From: a bacterium
GTDB taxonomy: Bacteria; Patescibacteriota; Minisyncoccia; UBA6257; 2-01-FULL-56-20
NCBI GenBank assembly: GCA_027310965.1
Contig: DAICZW010000002.1
Coordinates: 14,108-46,370, forward strand
Length of the DNA stretch: 32,263 bases
Direction: 5' to 3'
Below, piece by piece: positions 1-8,079 of the stretch. The notes below the pieces were generated by a model. It saw only the letters and a program-made list of their open reading frames with translations. It was not told the DNA's origin and ran no database searches. Position numbers and translations under genes: made by a program. Numbering within the stretch: position 1 is the stretch's first letter; each line of letters begins with the position of its first letter.

Positions 1-107
1 AAAAATTCCGGCGGGCAAAGGATCCGCACTCTGAAGAATAAGACGGGCAGCGCGCGATTATCTGCCGGAGTCCGCCTTCGGCTGCGATCAAGGGCTGACG
101 ATGACAG
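1..107 (-). repeat. TGTC-type palindromic element (family 1), truncated by window start; carries cassettes X and Y
   Basis: Reverse complement TGTCATCGTC...GGATCCTTTGCCCGCCGGAATTTTT aligns colinearly with the element at 3986-4120. Confidence 0.75.
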
Positions 108-115
108 CCATATTT

Positions 116-826
116 TTATTTTCCAAACCGCCGTTCCCTTTTCGAGAAATCTTCAACCGCCGCTTCTGTTTCCTTTTTTTTGAAATCGGGCCAGAGCGTC
201 CGGGTGAAATACAGCTGGGCGTTTGCGGCGTGCCACATCATGAATCCCGCCGACCAGTGCGGTTCGCCGCCAGTGCGGATGACGAGGTCGACCGGCGGCA
301 ATATGCCGGTCCGCAACGCTTCGCGTACGGCGCGCTCATCCACTTTTTTTGCGCCGCCATTCTTTATTTTTTCGATTGCCTCCATCATTTCCTGCCGGCT
401 GTCATAGCCGAAGAGTAGGGTTAGATTTTTCCCGTGGAAATGTTCCGTTTTTTTCTCGAGCCCGCGGATAAGTTTTTTCAGCGCGGCCGTTTTTTTGTCT
501 TTCGCAAGGATCGTGTCCCAGCGCCCGATGACTCTGAATTTTATTTTGTTTTTGACGAAGGTATCTAATGCCGCCATTTTTAAAAGCCAGTTATGGAGGA
601 GGGAGACCAGAAATCGCACTTCGATTCTGCTCCGTTTCGTGAGGTTATCTTCCGATCCCGCCCAAAAAGTGACGTAGGACACGTTATGGCCGAACAGGAA
701 TTCGGCGGTTTCCTCGAACCGTTTCGCGCCTTCCTCGACGCCCCGCCACGCCATGATGCCGTGTTTTTTTGCCCAACGGCGGTTGCCGTCGGGGATGATG
801 GCGATATGATTCGGGATGTTTTTCAT
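116..826 (-). CDS. uppS: polyprenyl diphosphate synthase (undecaprenyl diphosphate synthase)
   Basis: HIAIIPDGNRRWA, DLVIRTGGE, LWPDF and RRFG motifs of cis-prenyltransferases. Confidence 0.95.
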   Translation of the reverse strand: MKNIPNHIAIIPDGNRRWAKKHGIMAWRGVEEGAKRFEETAEFLFGHNVSYVTFWAGSEDNLTKRSRIEVRFLVSLLHNWLLKMAALDTFVKNKIKFRVIGRWDTILAKDKKTAALKKLIRGLEKKTEHFHGKNLTLLFGYDSRQEMMEAIEKIKNGGAKKVDERAVREALRTGILPPVDLVIRTGGEPHWSAGFMMWHAANAQLYFTRTLWPDFKKKETEAAVEDFSKRERRFGK

Positions 827-934
827 CGGAGGATGTTTTTAAATGCTGTTTTGCGCCGCCGCAACGAAATGAGTATATGCTTTTTCTGAAAAATTTTCCA
901 ACGTGCGCATAAAGATCTTCTGATGGTTCGCAGA

Positions 935-980
935 TTAAAATGCTTTTATCAAAACAGTTGTTTTGATAAAAGCATTTTAA
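935..980. repeat. perfect 22-bp inverted repeat (2-nt spacer) between divergent uppS and rpsU
   Basis: TTAAAATGCTTTTATCAAAACA-GT-TGTTTTGATAAAAGCATTTTAA; homologous to 30314-30353. Confidence 0.9.
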
Positions 981-1095
981 GGTTTTTGTCACTTTATTCT
1001 CTCAAAGAGGAACGGCATCTTACTATGCCGCTATTGCCATGCGATGAGCGCGCGCTATTGCGCAAAAAATATTTTTCCGCTACACTTTTCTTATT

Positions 1096-1311
1096 ATGGC
1101 CGTGGAAGTAAGAAAAAAAGAAGGGGAATCGGGAAATTCGCTGCTTTTCAGTTTCACGAAACGGGTGAAGAGGAGCGGTATTTTGCGCGAAATGCGCCGG
1201 AGGAAGTTCCATACGCGCGCCACGAGCCGCGTGAAAAGAAAGTTGACGGCAATTCATCGCGACGCGAAGAAAAAAGAACTTGAACGGCAGAAGAAGCTGG
1301 GGTTGGTTTAA
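1096..1311 (+). CDS. rpsU: 30S ribosomal protein S21
   Basis: 71 aa basic protein, VEVRKKEGES...FTKRVKRSGILREMRRRKF pattern; precedes yqeY as in the common rpsU-yqeY arrangement. Confidence 0.85.
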   Translation: MAVEVRKKEGESGNSLLFSFTKRVKRSGILREMRRRKFHTRATSRVKRKLTAIHRDAKKKELERQKKLGLV

Positions 1312-1313
1312 AG

Positions 1314-1386
1314 AAATGAAAAGTGAAAAACTAAAAACGTAGGTATTCGCTTCGCGCATTCATTCACTTTTCACTATCCACTTTTC
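1314..1386. repeat. inverted arrays of 7-nt repeats around a GC core
   Basis: AAATGAA AAGTGAA AAACTAA ... TTCACTT TTCACTA TCCACTT; TGAAAAGTGAA pairs with TTCACTTTTCA. Confidence 0.6.
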
Positions 1387-1401
1387 GTCATTAACTTTTT
1401 T

Positions 1402-1845
1402 ATGCTTTATGAACAGATCAGGGAGGATATGAAATCGGCGATGAAGGCGGGCGAAAAGGACCGTCTTGAAACATTACGTTTCATCCTTTCCGGCTTGAAC
1501 GGCGCTCAGAAAGAAAAAGAAGCAAAGGAACCCGGCGCGGCGCTCACGGATGCGGAAGCGATTGCCGTGCTCCAAAAAGAAGCGAAACGGCGGAAGGAGT
1601 CCATCGAGCTTTTCCGGCAGGGGAACCGGGACGATCTTGTGGAGAAAGAAGAAACAGGCCTTGCTATTATCAGAACGTATCTTCCCGAAGAACTTTCCCG
1701 CGCGGCGATTGCGAAAATTGTTGATGATGCGATGGCGCAGGGATTTTCCGATTTCAATGCGCTGATGCGCGAGACGATGAAAACGGTCAAAGGCCGCGCC
1801 GACGGGAAGCTGGTGGGGGAGATAATAAAAGAAAAATTGTTGTAA
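1402..1845 (+). CDS. GatB/YqeY domain protein
   Basis: DMKSAMKAG, KRRKESIELF...GNRDDL, YLPEELS, GRADG motifs. Confidence 0.92.
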   Translation: MLYEQIREDMKSAMKAGEKDRLETLRFILSGLNGAQKEKEAKEPGAALTDAEAIAVLQKEAKRRKESIELFRQGNRDDLVEKEETGLAIIRTYLPEELSRAAIAKIVDDAMAQGFSDFNALMRETMKTVKGRADGKLVGEIIKEKLL

Positions 1846-1867
1846 GGGTTCCTTAAAAGTTTTTCTT

Positions 1868-1956
1868 TGTCGTTCCCGGCTTGGCCGAGGATTCACGCTT
1901 TGAAAATTTAAGACAAAAGATGGGAAGCATAGATCCTTGACTCCGCGGGGACGACA
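1868..1956. repeat. family 1 palindromic element, head-to-head doublet
   Basis: TGTCGTTCCCG..GAGGATTCACGCTT / AAGCATAGATCC..CGGGGACGACA. Confidence 0.85.
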
Positions 1957-2005
1957 GAGAAGAATCGATTTTCGATAATTTTCCAAAGCTGCAATAATTC
2001 GTCGT

Positions 2006-2377
2006 ATGACCACCGAACGCCGCCTTCATCTTCTTGCCGAGAAAATACTTACATTAATGCGCGAGCGTAATGTTACACTCGATATTTTTCTGCTTAAAAC
2101 CGATGACATAGCGCGTTTGAAAGCGCGATTCATAAAAAAGAAAACGGAACCGAACATTCTTTCTTTTCCCGAGCCGCATTCGTTCCCGCATCCGGAAACC
2201 GAAAAAAAATATCTCGGCGAGATATATCTGAATAAAGATATCCTGAAGAAATCTCCCGAACGCGCGGCGCCGCTTTTGGTCCACGGCATCCTGCATCTTC
2301 TCGGGTATTCCCATGGACGAAAATCGTCCGCCGAAAAAATGGAACGGCTGGAGAAAAAAATTCTTGCGCAGCTTTGA
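2006..2377 (+). CDS. ybeY: rRNA maturation endoribonuclease YbeY
   Basis: NILSFP, LGEIYL and [11 protein letters not shown] (H-x3-H-x5-H) motifs. Confidence 0.9.
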   Translation: MTTERRLHLLAEKILTLMRERNVTLDIFLLKTDDIARLKARFIKKKTEPNILSFPEPHSFPHPETEKKYLGEIYLNKDILKKSPERAAPLLVHGILHLLGYSHGRKSSAEKMERLEKKILAQL

Positions 2378-2493
2378 TAAAATCTTCGGTTGTGCAAAAC
2401 ACGAAGAAAACAGAACGTTTTTTTTGGTTATTGACGGTCTCACTGTCCGCGAAAGACATCCTGAATTATTCGCAGGATATCTTTTCTTTCCTT

Positions 2494-2539
2494 CCGAAAA
2501 TACTTTTTTTAAAGCCGTTTTAAAAAAAAGTATTTTCGG
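2494..2539. repeat. AT-rich inverted repeat related to the 40-bp palindrome
   Basis: CCGAAAATACTTTT...AAAAGTATTTTCGG; same AAATRCTTTT/AAAAGYATTT arms as 938-977 and 30314-30353. Confidence 0.65.
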
Positions 2540-2549
2540 GCATCTGACG

Positions 2550-2634
2550 CCCGCCGAAATTTTTTGGAGAAAAACTTGAACGCGGGCTTGCCGGAATTTA
2601 TCCCGCACCGCGATAATATAGGACGAGGACGGCA
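2550..2634 (+). repeat. degenerate family 1 copy with cassette Y
   Basis: CCCGCCGAAATTTTTTGGAGAAAAACTTGAACGCGGG resembles 4076-4110 and 13460-13493; ends CGAGGACGGCA. Confidence 0.6.
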
Positions 2635-2690
2635 AATCGAATTTGAATGAAGGCGGCGCACCGTTGCGGTTTTGAAAAATTGCATCCATT

Positions 2691-2699
2691 TGATATAAT
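2691..2699 (+). promoter_or_regulatory. extended -10 promoter of ftsA (leaderless geometry)
   Basis: TGaTATAAT ending 6 nt before the ATG at 2706; TTGAAA at 2672-2677. Confidence 0.7.
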
Positions 2700-2705
2700 T
2701 ACGGC

Positions 2706-3965
2706 ATGAAGTTCAAAGGCATCGCCCATAACGACATTATCACGGGACTTGATATCGGAACCTCTTCGATAAAAATCGTTGTTGCGCGGCGAGGGCAAGG
2801 ACGCGCTACGCTATTATATGCCGCCAAGGAACCGTCGGCCGGCATGCGGCACGGCGCAATCGTGGACATCGCCGAAACGGCGCAAGCGATACGGCGTGCG
2901 CTCGCGGGAGCGGAAAAAATTTCAAAAGCGGCGCTCAGGAATATTTATCTGAGTATCGGGACTTCGCAGGCGAAGATGCAATCCTCGCGCGGCATTGTTG
3001 CGGTCTCGAGCGCGGATGCGCAGATTTATCAGGCGGATGTGGATCGCGCGGTGCGGGCGAGTCAGGCGGTCAACTTACCGCAGAACCGGATGATCGTGCA
3101 CACGCTTACGAAAGAATTCATGGTGGACGGCATGGGTGATATCTTAGATCCTTTGAGTCTTACGGGAAGCCGTCTTGAAGTGCAGAGTTTAATTATCGAT
3201 GCCTTTTCGCCGCACGTGAAAGATCTGATTCACGCGGTGGAGCTTGCGGGCGGCGACGTGGGCGGTCTTGTTTTTTCGCCGCTCGTCGCCGCCCGCGCGG
3301 CTTTGAGCAGGAAACAGAAAGAACTGGGGACGGCGCTCGTCGATATCGGCTTTGGCACGACGGGACTGGCCGTCTATGAAGAGAATAAGCTGGTGCTTGC
3401 GGTGAAATTTCCGGTCGGCGCGGCGAATATTTCAAACGACGTCGCGGTTGGTCTCAAGATTCCGATAGATGCCGCCGAAAGTATCAAGCTTCATTATGGC
3501 TGTGCGCTGGCGAAAGAAGTGGGCGCGCGGGATTCCATCGAACTCAAAAAATTCATTCCGGAAGCGAAGGGATCGGTTTCGCTCCGTTTCATTGCGGAAA
3601 TAATAGAATCGCGCCTCGAAGAAATTTTTGACTTCGTGAATAACGAACTGCGGATCGCGGGGAAATACGGCAATCTGCCGGGCGGCATCGTGCTCGCGGG
3701 CGGCGGCGTGAAAATGCCGGGCCTCGCGGATCTTGTGAAACAGGAAGTGAAGATGACCTCGCAGATAGGATGCTGTGTCGCCGATGAATGGCAGAACGAA
3801 GGAGGGGCGTTCAGGGAGTCGCTCGAGGATCCCGAGTTCGTGTGCGCGTTCGGCCTTGCTCTATGGGGGATTTACGGGGAAAAATCGGCGCAGCCGGAAC
3901 TTCTGCAAACTGGTTTCGGCAGCATGCACGGCATAAAAAAATTCATAAGGTACTTTGCGCCGTAA
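2706..3965 (+). CDS. ftsA: cell division protein FtsA
   Basis: GLDIGTSSIK, VDIGFGTT, LAGGG actin-like ATPase motifs; directly upstream of ftsZ. Confidence 0.97.
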   Translation: MKFKGIAHNDIITGLDIGTSSIKIVVARRGQGRATLLYAAKEPSAGMRHGAIVDIAETAQAIRRALAGAEKISKAALRNIYLSIGTSQAKMQSSRGIVAVSSADAQIYQADVDRAVRASQAVNLPQNRMIVHTLTKEFMVDGMGDILDPLSLTGSRLEVQSLIIDAFSPHVKDLIHAVELAGGDVGGLVFSPLVAARAALSRKQKELGTALVDIGFGTTGLAVYEENKLVLAVKFPVGAANISNDVAVGLKIPIDAAESIKLHYGCALAKEVGARDSIELKKFIPEAKGSVSLRFIAEIIESRLEEIFDFVNNELRIAGKYGNLPGGIVLAGGGVKMPGLADLVKQEVKMTSQIGCCVADEWQNEGGAFRESLEDPEFVCAFGLALWGIYGEKSAQPELLQTGFGSMHGIKKFIRYFAP

Positions 3966-3985
3966 AAACTTTTACTTATCCTCTC

Positions 3986-4120
3986 TGTCATCGTCCGTTC
4001 TCGATTGTGGTCAAGGGCAGGCTCCGGTGGACGGCTCATGCTTCCCATCTTACTTTCTTAAAGCATGGATCATCTCCCGCTAAAATTTTTCGGAGAAAAA
4101 CTTGAGAGGGCGAGGATGAC
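3986..4120. repeat. family 1 doublet with cassette X (3999-4030) and cassette Y (4076-4110)
   Basis: TGTCATCGTC...CATGCTT / AAGCATGGATC...CGAGGATGAC. Confidence 0.8.
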
Positions 4121-4151
4121 TGATAATCGCTATTGCGGGAACCAATCGTTT

Positions 4152-4160
4152 TGCTATAAT
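4152..4160 (+). promoter_or_regulatory. extended -10 promoter of ftsZ
   Basis: TGcTATAAT ending 8 nt before the ATG at 4169. Confidence 0.65.
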
Positions 4161-4168
4161 TTAAAGAA

Positions 4169-5509
4169 ATGAAAAAGAAAACCGTTCGCAAGGTTGTTCG
4201 CAAAAAAAATACCGGAGAAAAATTCAGACCGCTTTCGGCGAACGTGAAAGTGATCGGTGTGGGCGGCGGCGGCGGCAATGCCGTCTCGCGCATGGCAAAG
4301 GATTTCGTCCGCGGCGTTGATTTTGTCGCCATCAATACCGACCATCAGGATCTCGACCAGTGCAATGTCAAGCAGAAATTATACATCGGGAAAAATCTGA
4401 CGAAGGGATTGGGGACGGGTATGAACCCCGACCTTGGGCGGCAGGCGGCGGAGGAAAATAAATCGGAGCTTATTGAACTGGTTAAAGGAGCCGATCTTGT
4501 TTTTCTTACGGCAGGCCTTGGCGGCGGCACGGGAACCGGCGTGATGCCGGTGCTCGCGGAAGCGGCGAAGCAATCAGGCGCGCTTACGATAGCGGTCGTC
4601 ACGAGACCATTCAGTTTTGAAGGAAGCCAGCGCGAGCGGATTGCGCAGGAAGGACTTATGAAATTAAAGGACAAAGTCGATGCGCTGATTGTCGTTCCGA
4701 ACGACCGCATTTTTTCCATTATCGGCAAGGACACGCCGATTTTGAAGGCATTCGAGGCGATCGACGAAGTGCTCCGTAATGCGTTGAACGGACTTGTTGA
4801 AGTCGTGGCGCAGCCGGGCATCATCAACGTCGATTTCGCGGACGTGAAGAATGTCGTACAAGATGCCGGCGTTGCGATCGTGGGCGTGGGCATTGCGTCC
4901 GGCCAGGATCGCGCGGTCGCGGCCATTAATATGGCGCTTCATTCGCCGCTTTTGGAAACGAATCCTGAAGGCGCGAAGGCGGTGCTGCTCGGTATTTCGG
5001 GCGGCCGCGATCTCAAAATGACCGAAGTGAACGATATCGCAAAGGTGGTTGCGCAGACCGCGGATCCCGGCGCGCGTATTATTTTTGGAGCGTATTATGA
5101 TCGGAATCTGAAGCAGAATCAGGTGAAAGTGACGCTTATCGCGACCGGTTTTAGTGGCGCAGGCAGCCAGGTGAACTCGCTGTTCGGCGGCGGACATTAC
5201 GGCGGCGAGCGGCAGACGATATTCGGCAGGACATCCGCGTCTTCAGGCGGTGCATCGCAGGAGAGCGAAAATATTTTTGAAAAAAAAACTTTCCCGCGCG
5301 ATGACGCGCGCGCTGCGCGAAAGGAAACTGACCGTTTCCGCGCGGCGGAAGAAACCGCGGCGGGCGCTCCGTCAAAAACAGCCTCGTTTTCGGCGAAGGA
5401 CGAAAAGTTCCTAAAAAAAGACGAAAAAAAAGATAAGGAAAAAGAATCCGAACCGGAAGAAGCCGACCCGTGGGACATTCCGGCCTTTTTAAGAAGGAGA
5501 AAGAAATAA
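4169..5509 (+). CDS. ftsZ: cell division protein FtsZ
   Basis: GGGGGNAV, GGGTGTG tubulin signature, INVDFADV, C-terminal DIPAFLR. Confidence 0.99.
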   Translation: MKKKTVRKVVRKKNTGEKFRPLSANVKVIGVGGGGGNAVSRMAKDFVRGVDFVAINTDHQDLDQCNVKQKLYIGKNLTKGLGTGMNPDLGRQAAEENKSELIELVKGADLVFLTAGLGGGTGTGVMPVLAEAAKQSGALTIAVVTRPFSFEGSQRERIAQEGLMKLKDKVDALIVVPNDRIFSIIGKDTPILKAFEAIDEVLRNALNGLVEVVAQPGIINVDFADVKNVVQDAGVAIVGVGIASGQDRAVAAINMALHSPLLETNPEGAKAVLLGISGGRDLKMTEVNDIAKVVAQTADPGARIIFGAYYDRNLKQNQVKVTLIATGFSGAGSQVNSLFGGGHYGGERQTIFGRTSASSGGASQESENIFEKKTFPRDDARAARKETDRFRAAEETAAGAPSKTASFSAKDEKFLKKDEKKDKEKESEPEEADPWDIPAFLRRRKK

Positions 5510-5541
5510 AAAACATCCCCGCTACCGGGGATGTTTTTTAT
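5506..5541. terminator. bidirectional intrinsic terminator
   Basis: ATAAAAAACATCCCCG-CTAC-CGGGGATGTTTTTTAT between convergent genes. Confidence 0.85.
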
Positions 5542-5695
5542 CATTTTATGATGCGCCCATGTTTCATTCCGGCGTTTTTATTGTTTCGAAAAACGCGCCA
5601 TGCGAACGTTTGCCGGGAATTCGCGTTTTCCCGATCCGGACTTCTGATATTTCCCGCGGATTCAAAATTCCGGAACAGCGGACGAGCGTGTCGGG

Positions 5696-7309
5696 TCAAT
5701 TTATATAAAAAATCTCGTTGGTCGGCGTTCCGGCGGGGATGGCGCTTGACGCTTCGGCTGGCAGGAGGTAATGGATGTTTTTTGCCGCAGCGTACGTTAC
5801 GCCGTCAGGAAGGAAAGAATCGGTGATAAACATCGTGGTTTCGACGGGCATGGGGAGTCCGCGCGTCATAACGCCGCCGGCATTCACGACAACATATTTC
5901 GGCATGCTTGCGGGAAGCGCGTTGATTTCGTTTCCAATCGCGACATAATCGGCGTTGAAAGCGCCGGAGACGTTCGGGTTGTGCGCCCACGTGACGAAAT
6001 AAGCAACGTAGCCGCCGAAGACGGCGACGTACGCGAGGAATATCCACGAAATAATTTTTGCCAGGTTTTCATGGCCCGGCAGTTTTGCGACAAGCCATTG
6101 GTAAAGCCATATGCCGCCGATCGCCGCGAAGATCATCGCAGGCGGACACATAAGAATGGATCGCAGGGCATGAGGAATGCCTTCGTCGGAGGCCGCGGCC
6201 GGCAAACCAGCGAGAACGATCCATGAAAAAACAAGGAGGAGCGGAAACGCCGGAAGAATGTTTTTTCCATCATCGCGCATTGTTTTTTTACGCCGGCTTT
6301 TCCAGAGAGAAAAGAGTCCGATCGCGATGCCGAGGATGAAAAGAATTCCCACGGGCCAGAAAAGTTCCGGCGCGCCGCTGATATTCTGCCGCCAGTTATT
6401 ATCGCCGTGGAAATTAAACATCAATGCGGTCTTTACAACGTTTACGGCGAAATCGCGGACGGGATTTGCCGCGTTCGTGACCGATATTTCCGCGGTGCGT
6501 CCGAAGAAGTCGGAGGGGTGTTTCAAAAAATACCATCCGATCGGCGCCGCTGTGATGAAAACGAGCGCGATAAAAACAGCGACGCGTTTCCAGAAATCTT
6601 TTCCTTTCCGGAAAAACGGGATGAATAAGAGAAAAAGAAGCGGCGTGATGCGGTAGGCGATATAAGTAGAGAAGCCGAGGCCGTAGACAATGCCGGCGAT
6701 AATAGCGCAGGCGGTTGCCGCGCGCGAAGAAACGGCGCGTAGCGCTCTCATAAAAAAATAGAGCGACCAGACGAGGAACAGCGGCGCAAGGATGGCGCGG
6801 AAGCCGATGCGGGAAAAATTGATATGCCAGAACGAGGTTGCGAGGAAGAATGCGGCAAGCAGAGCGATGGCGGAACCGGAAACCGAAAACCGGAAATTTA
6901 AAAACGATGGCTTAACGGCGGATGCTTTTTGGTCCGGGCCGTGGTCCGATTTTTTGCGATCCGCTTGCTCTGTCTCGCCTTCTCTGAACAGTTCGGCGAC
7001 GAGGAAGTAAAGTCCGAGCACCGTCAACACGCCCGCGATCGCGGCGGGAAGCCGGATGATCCACGGTTCATAAACGGGGAATTCTTTGAGTATGACGGCG
7101 ATGATGTTCACATAGAGCCCTTCGCGGCCGTTGTCCTCGGTGTAAAATACTTTGAACTGTCCCGTGCGCGCGACTTCCGCGGCGTTATTGCCGTCCATAG
7201 CTTCGTCGGGATAGAGCCCCGGGGGCACGGTTGTGAAGTGGTAAAAACGGAAGAAGATTGCTATAATCAGGATACCGAACAGGAAAACGTATTTTTTTGT
7301 ATTGGACAT
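5696..7309 (-). CDS. GT39/ArnT/PMT-like membrane glycosyltransferase
   Basis: RFYHFTTVPPGLYPDEA, IRLPAA, WHINFSR, many TM helices; start moved from 7372 to 7309 because the extension begins inside a repeat and TGtTATAAT lies 6 nt upstream of 7309. Confidence 0.85.
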   Translation of the reverse strand: MSNTKKYVFLFGILIIAIFFRFYHFTTVPPGLYPDEAMDGNNAAEVARTGQFKVFYTEDNGREGLYVNIIAVILKEFPVYEPWIIRLPAAIAGVLTVLGLYFLVAELFREGETEQADRKKSDHGPDQKASAVKPSFLNFRFSVSGSAIALLAAFFLATSFWHINFSRIGFRAILAPLFLVWSLYFFMRALRAVSSRAATACAIIAGIVYGLGFSTYIAYRITPLLFLLFIPFFRKGKDFWKRVAVFIALVFITAAPIGWYFLKHPSDFFGRTAEISVTNAANPVRDFAVNVVKTALMFNFHGDNNWRQNISGAPELFWPVGILFILGIAIGLFSLWKSRRKKTMRDDGKNILPAFPLLLVFSWIVLAGLPAAASDEGIPHALRSILMCPPAMIFAAIGGIWLYQWLVAKLPGHENLAKIISWIFLAYVAVFGGYVAYFVTWAHNPNVSGAFNADYVAIGNEINALPASMPKYVVVNAGGVMTRGLPMPVETTMFITDSFLPDGVTYAAAKNIHYLLPAEASSAIPAGTPTNEIFYIN

Positions 7310-7344
7310 ACGGTCATTATAACAAATCGACGCAATTCTTATTG

Positions 7345-7448
7345 CGTCGTCCCCGCGGAGGCGGGGATCCATGCTTTCTTTTAGACTTTCGGCTACCAGC
7401 CATCAGCTCGATAGAAAGCGTTGATCCTCAACCGAGTTGAGGACGACA
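7345..7448. repeat. family 1 doublet
   Basis: CGTCGTCCCCGCGGAGGCGGGGATCCATGCTT / AAGCGTTGATCCTCAACCGAGTTGAGGACGACA. Confidence 0.9.
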
Positions 7449-7490
7449 GAGGAGAGCGTTCTCACCCATAATTCATAATTATTCTCATCA

Positions 7491-7919
7491 ATGCCGGAAG
7501 AAACTTCTCCATTTGAACATGCGGCGCTCGAGGCGGATATGAAACGCCTTACGGAAGAGATCGGCAATCATCGCGGTTGGGCGGAGATGAAAGATGCGCC
7601 CGAAAAACAATTACTCAAGGAATCAATCAGGGCGTTTCCGCGGTTTGAAAAAAACGGTCCGGCGGCCGCTGTGCCGGCGCCGGTTCCACCGCCAAAAGCG
7701 CAGGGCGCTACGCAGAGCCCCTTGCCGGACTACGCGCAAAGCGCGGCGCCGGAAGTGAAGCTTGAGATAGAATATCTTCTCGATCTTGCGCTGCACCAGG
7801 GATTCGGGAAGGCGCTTGCCGAAGCGGACAAGTCACCGTACTTCGTTCAGGATGCATTCCACGACGCCCTGGCGGGGAAACTGTATCCGGAACTGCAAAA
7901 GAGAGGAATTATAAAATAG
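7491..7919 (+). CDS. hypothetical protein (Pro/Ala linker, helical C-terminus with SPYFVQDAFHDAL)
   Basis: 142-aa ORF with host-like codon usage filling the gap between two repeats. Confidence 0.75.
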   Translation: MPEETSPFEHAALEADMKRLTEEIGNHRGWAEMKDAPEKQLLKESIRAFPRFEKNGPAAAVPAPVPPPKAQGATQSPLPDYAQSAAPEVKLEIEYLLDLALHQGFGKALAEADKSPYFVQDAFHDALAGKLYPELQKRGIIK

Positions 7920-7930
7920 AGAGCGTTTCC

Positions 7931-8044
7931 TCTGTCGTTCCCGCGGAGGCGGGGATCCACGCTTTAAAAACTCAGCGATTTGAGATTTATGATTCACGAA
8001 AAAAGACGGGAAGCTTGGATATTCGCCTTTGCGGGGACGACAGA
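7931..8044. repeat. family 1 doublet
   Basis: TCTGTCGTTCCCGCGGAGGCGGGGATCCACGCTT / AAGCTTGGATATTCGCCTTTGCGGGGACGACAGA. Confidence 0.9.
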
Positions 8045-8079
8045 TGGGAAGCAAAAATTTAACGGTTAGGCATTATTAT

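Noticed and set aside
684-1111. Two opposite ORFs sharing LKCFYQNxCFDKSIL
   Set aside because: This is a consequence of the DNA palindrome at 935-980, not a protein repeat.
2375-2377. TGA recoding (genetic code 25)
   Set aside because: TGA ends ybeY and ybhB at the expected lengths, and long conserved genes contain no internal TGA.
5545-5695. Structured ncRNA between ftsZ and the GT39 gene
   Set aside because: Only short imperfect hairpins, no promoter and no recognisable family; cannot be supported from one sequence.
7310-7372. N-terminal extension MDPRLRGDD... of the GT39 ORF (likewise 8029-8079, 13449-13526, 30311-30418)
   Set aside because: These starts fall in or beside palindromic repeats; downstream ATGs match the domain start and in some cases a -10 box.
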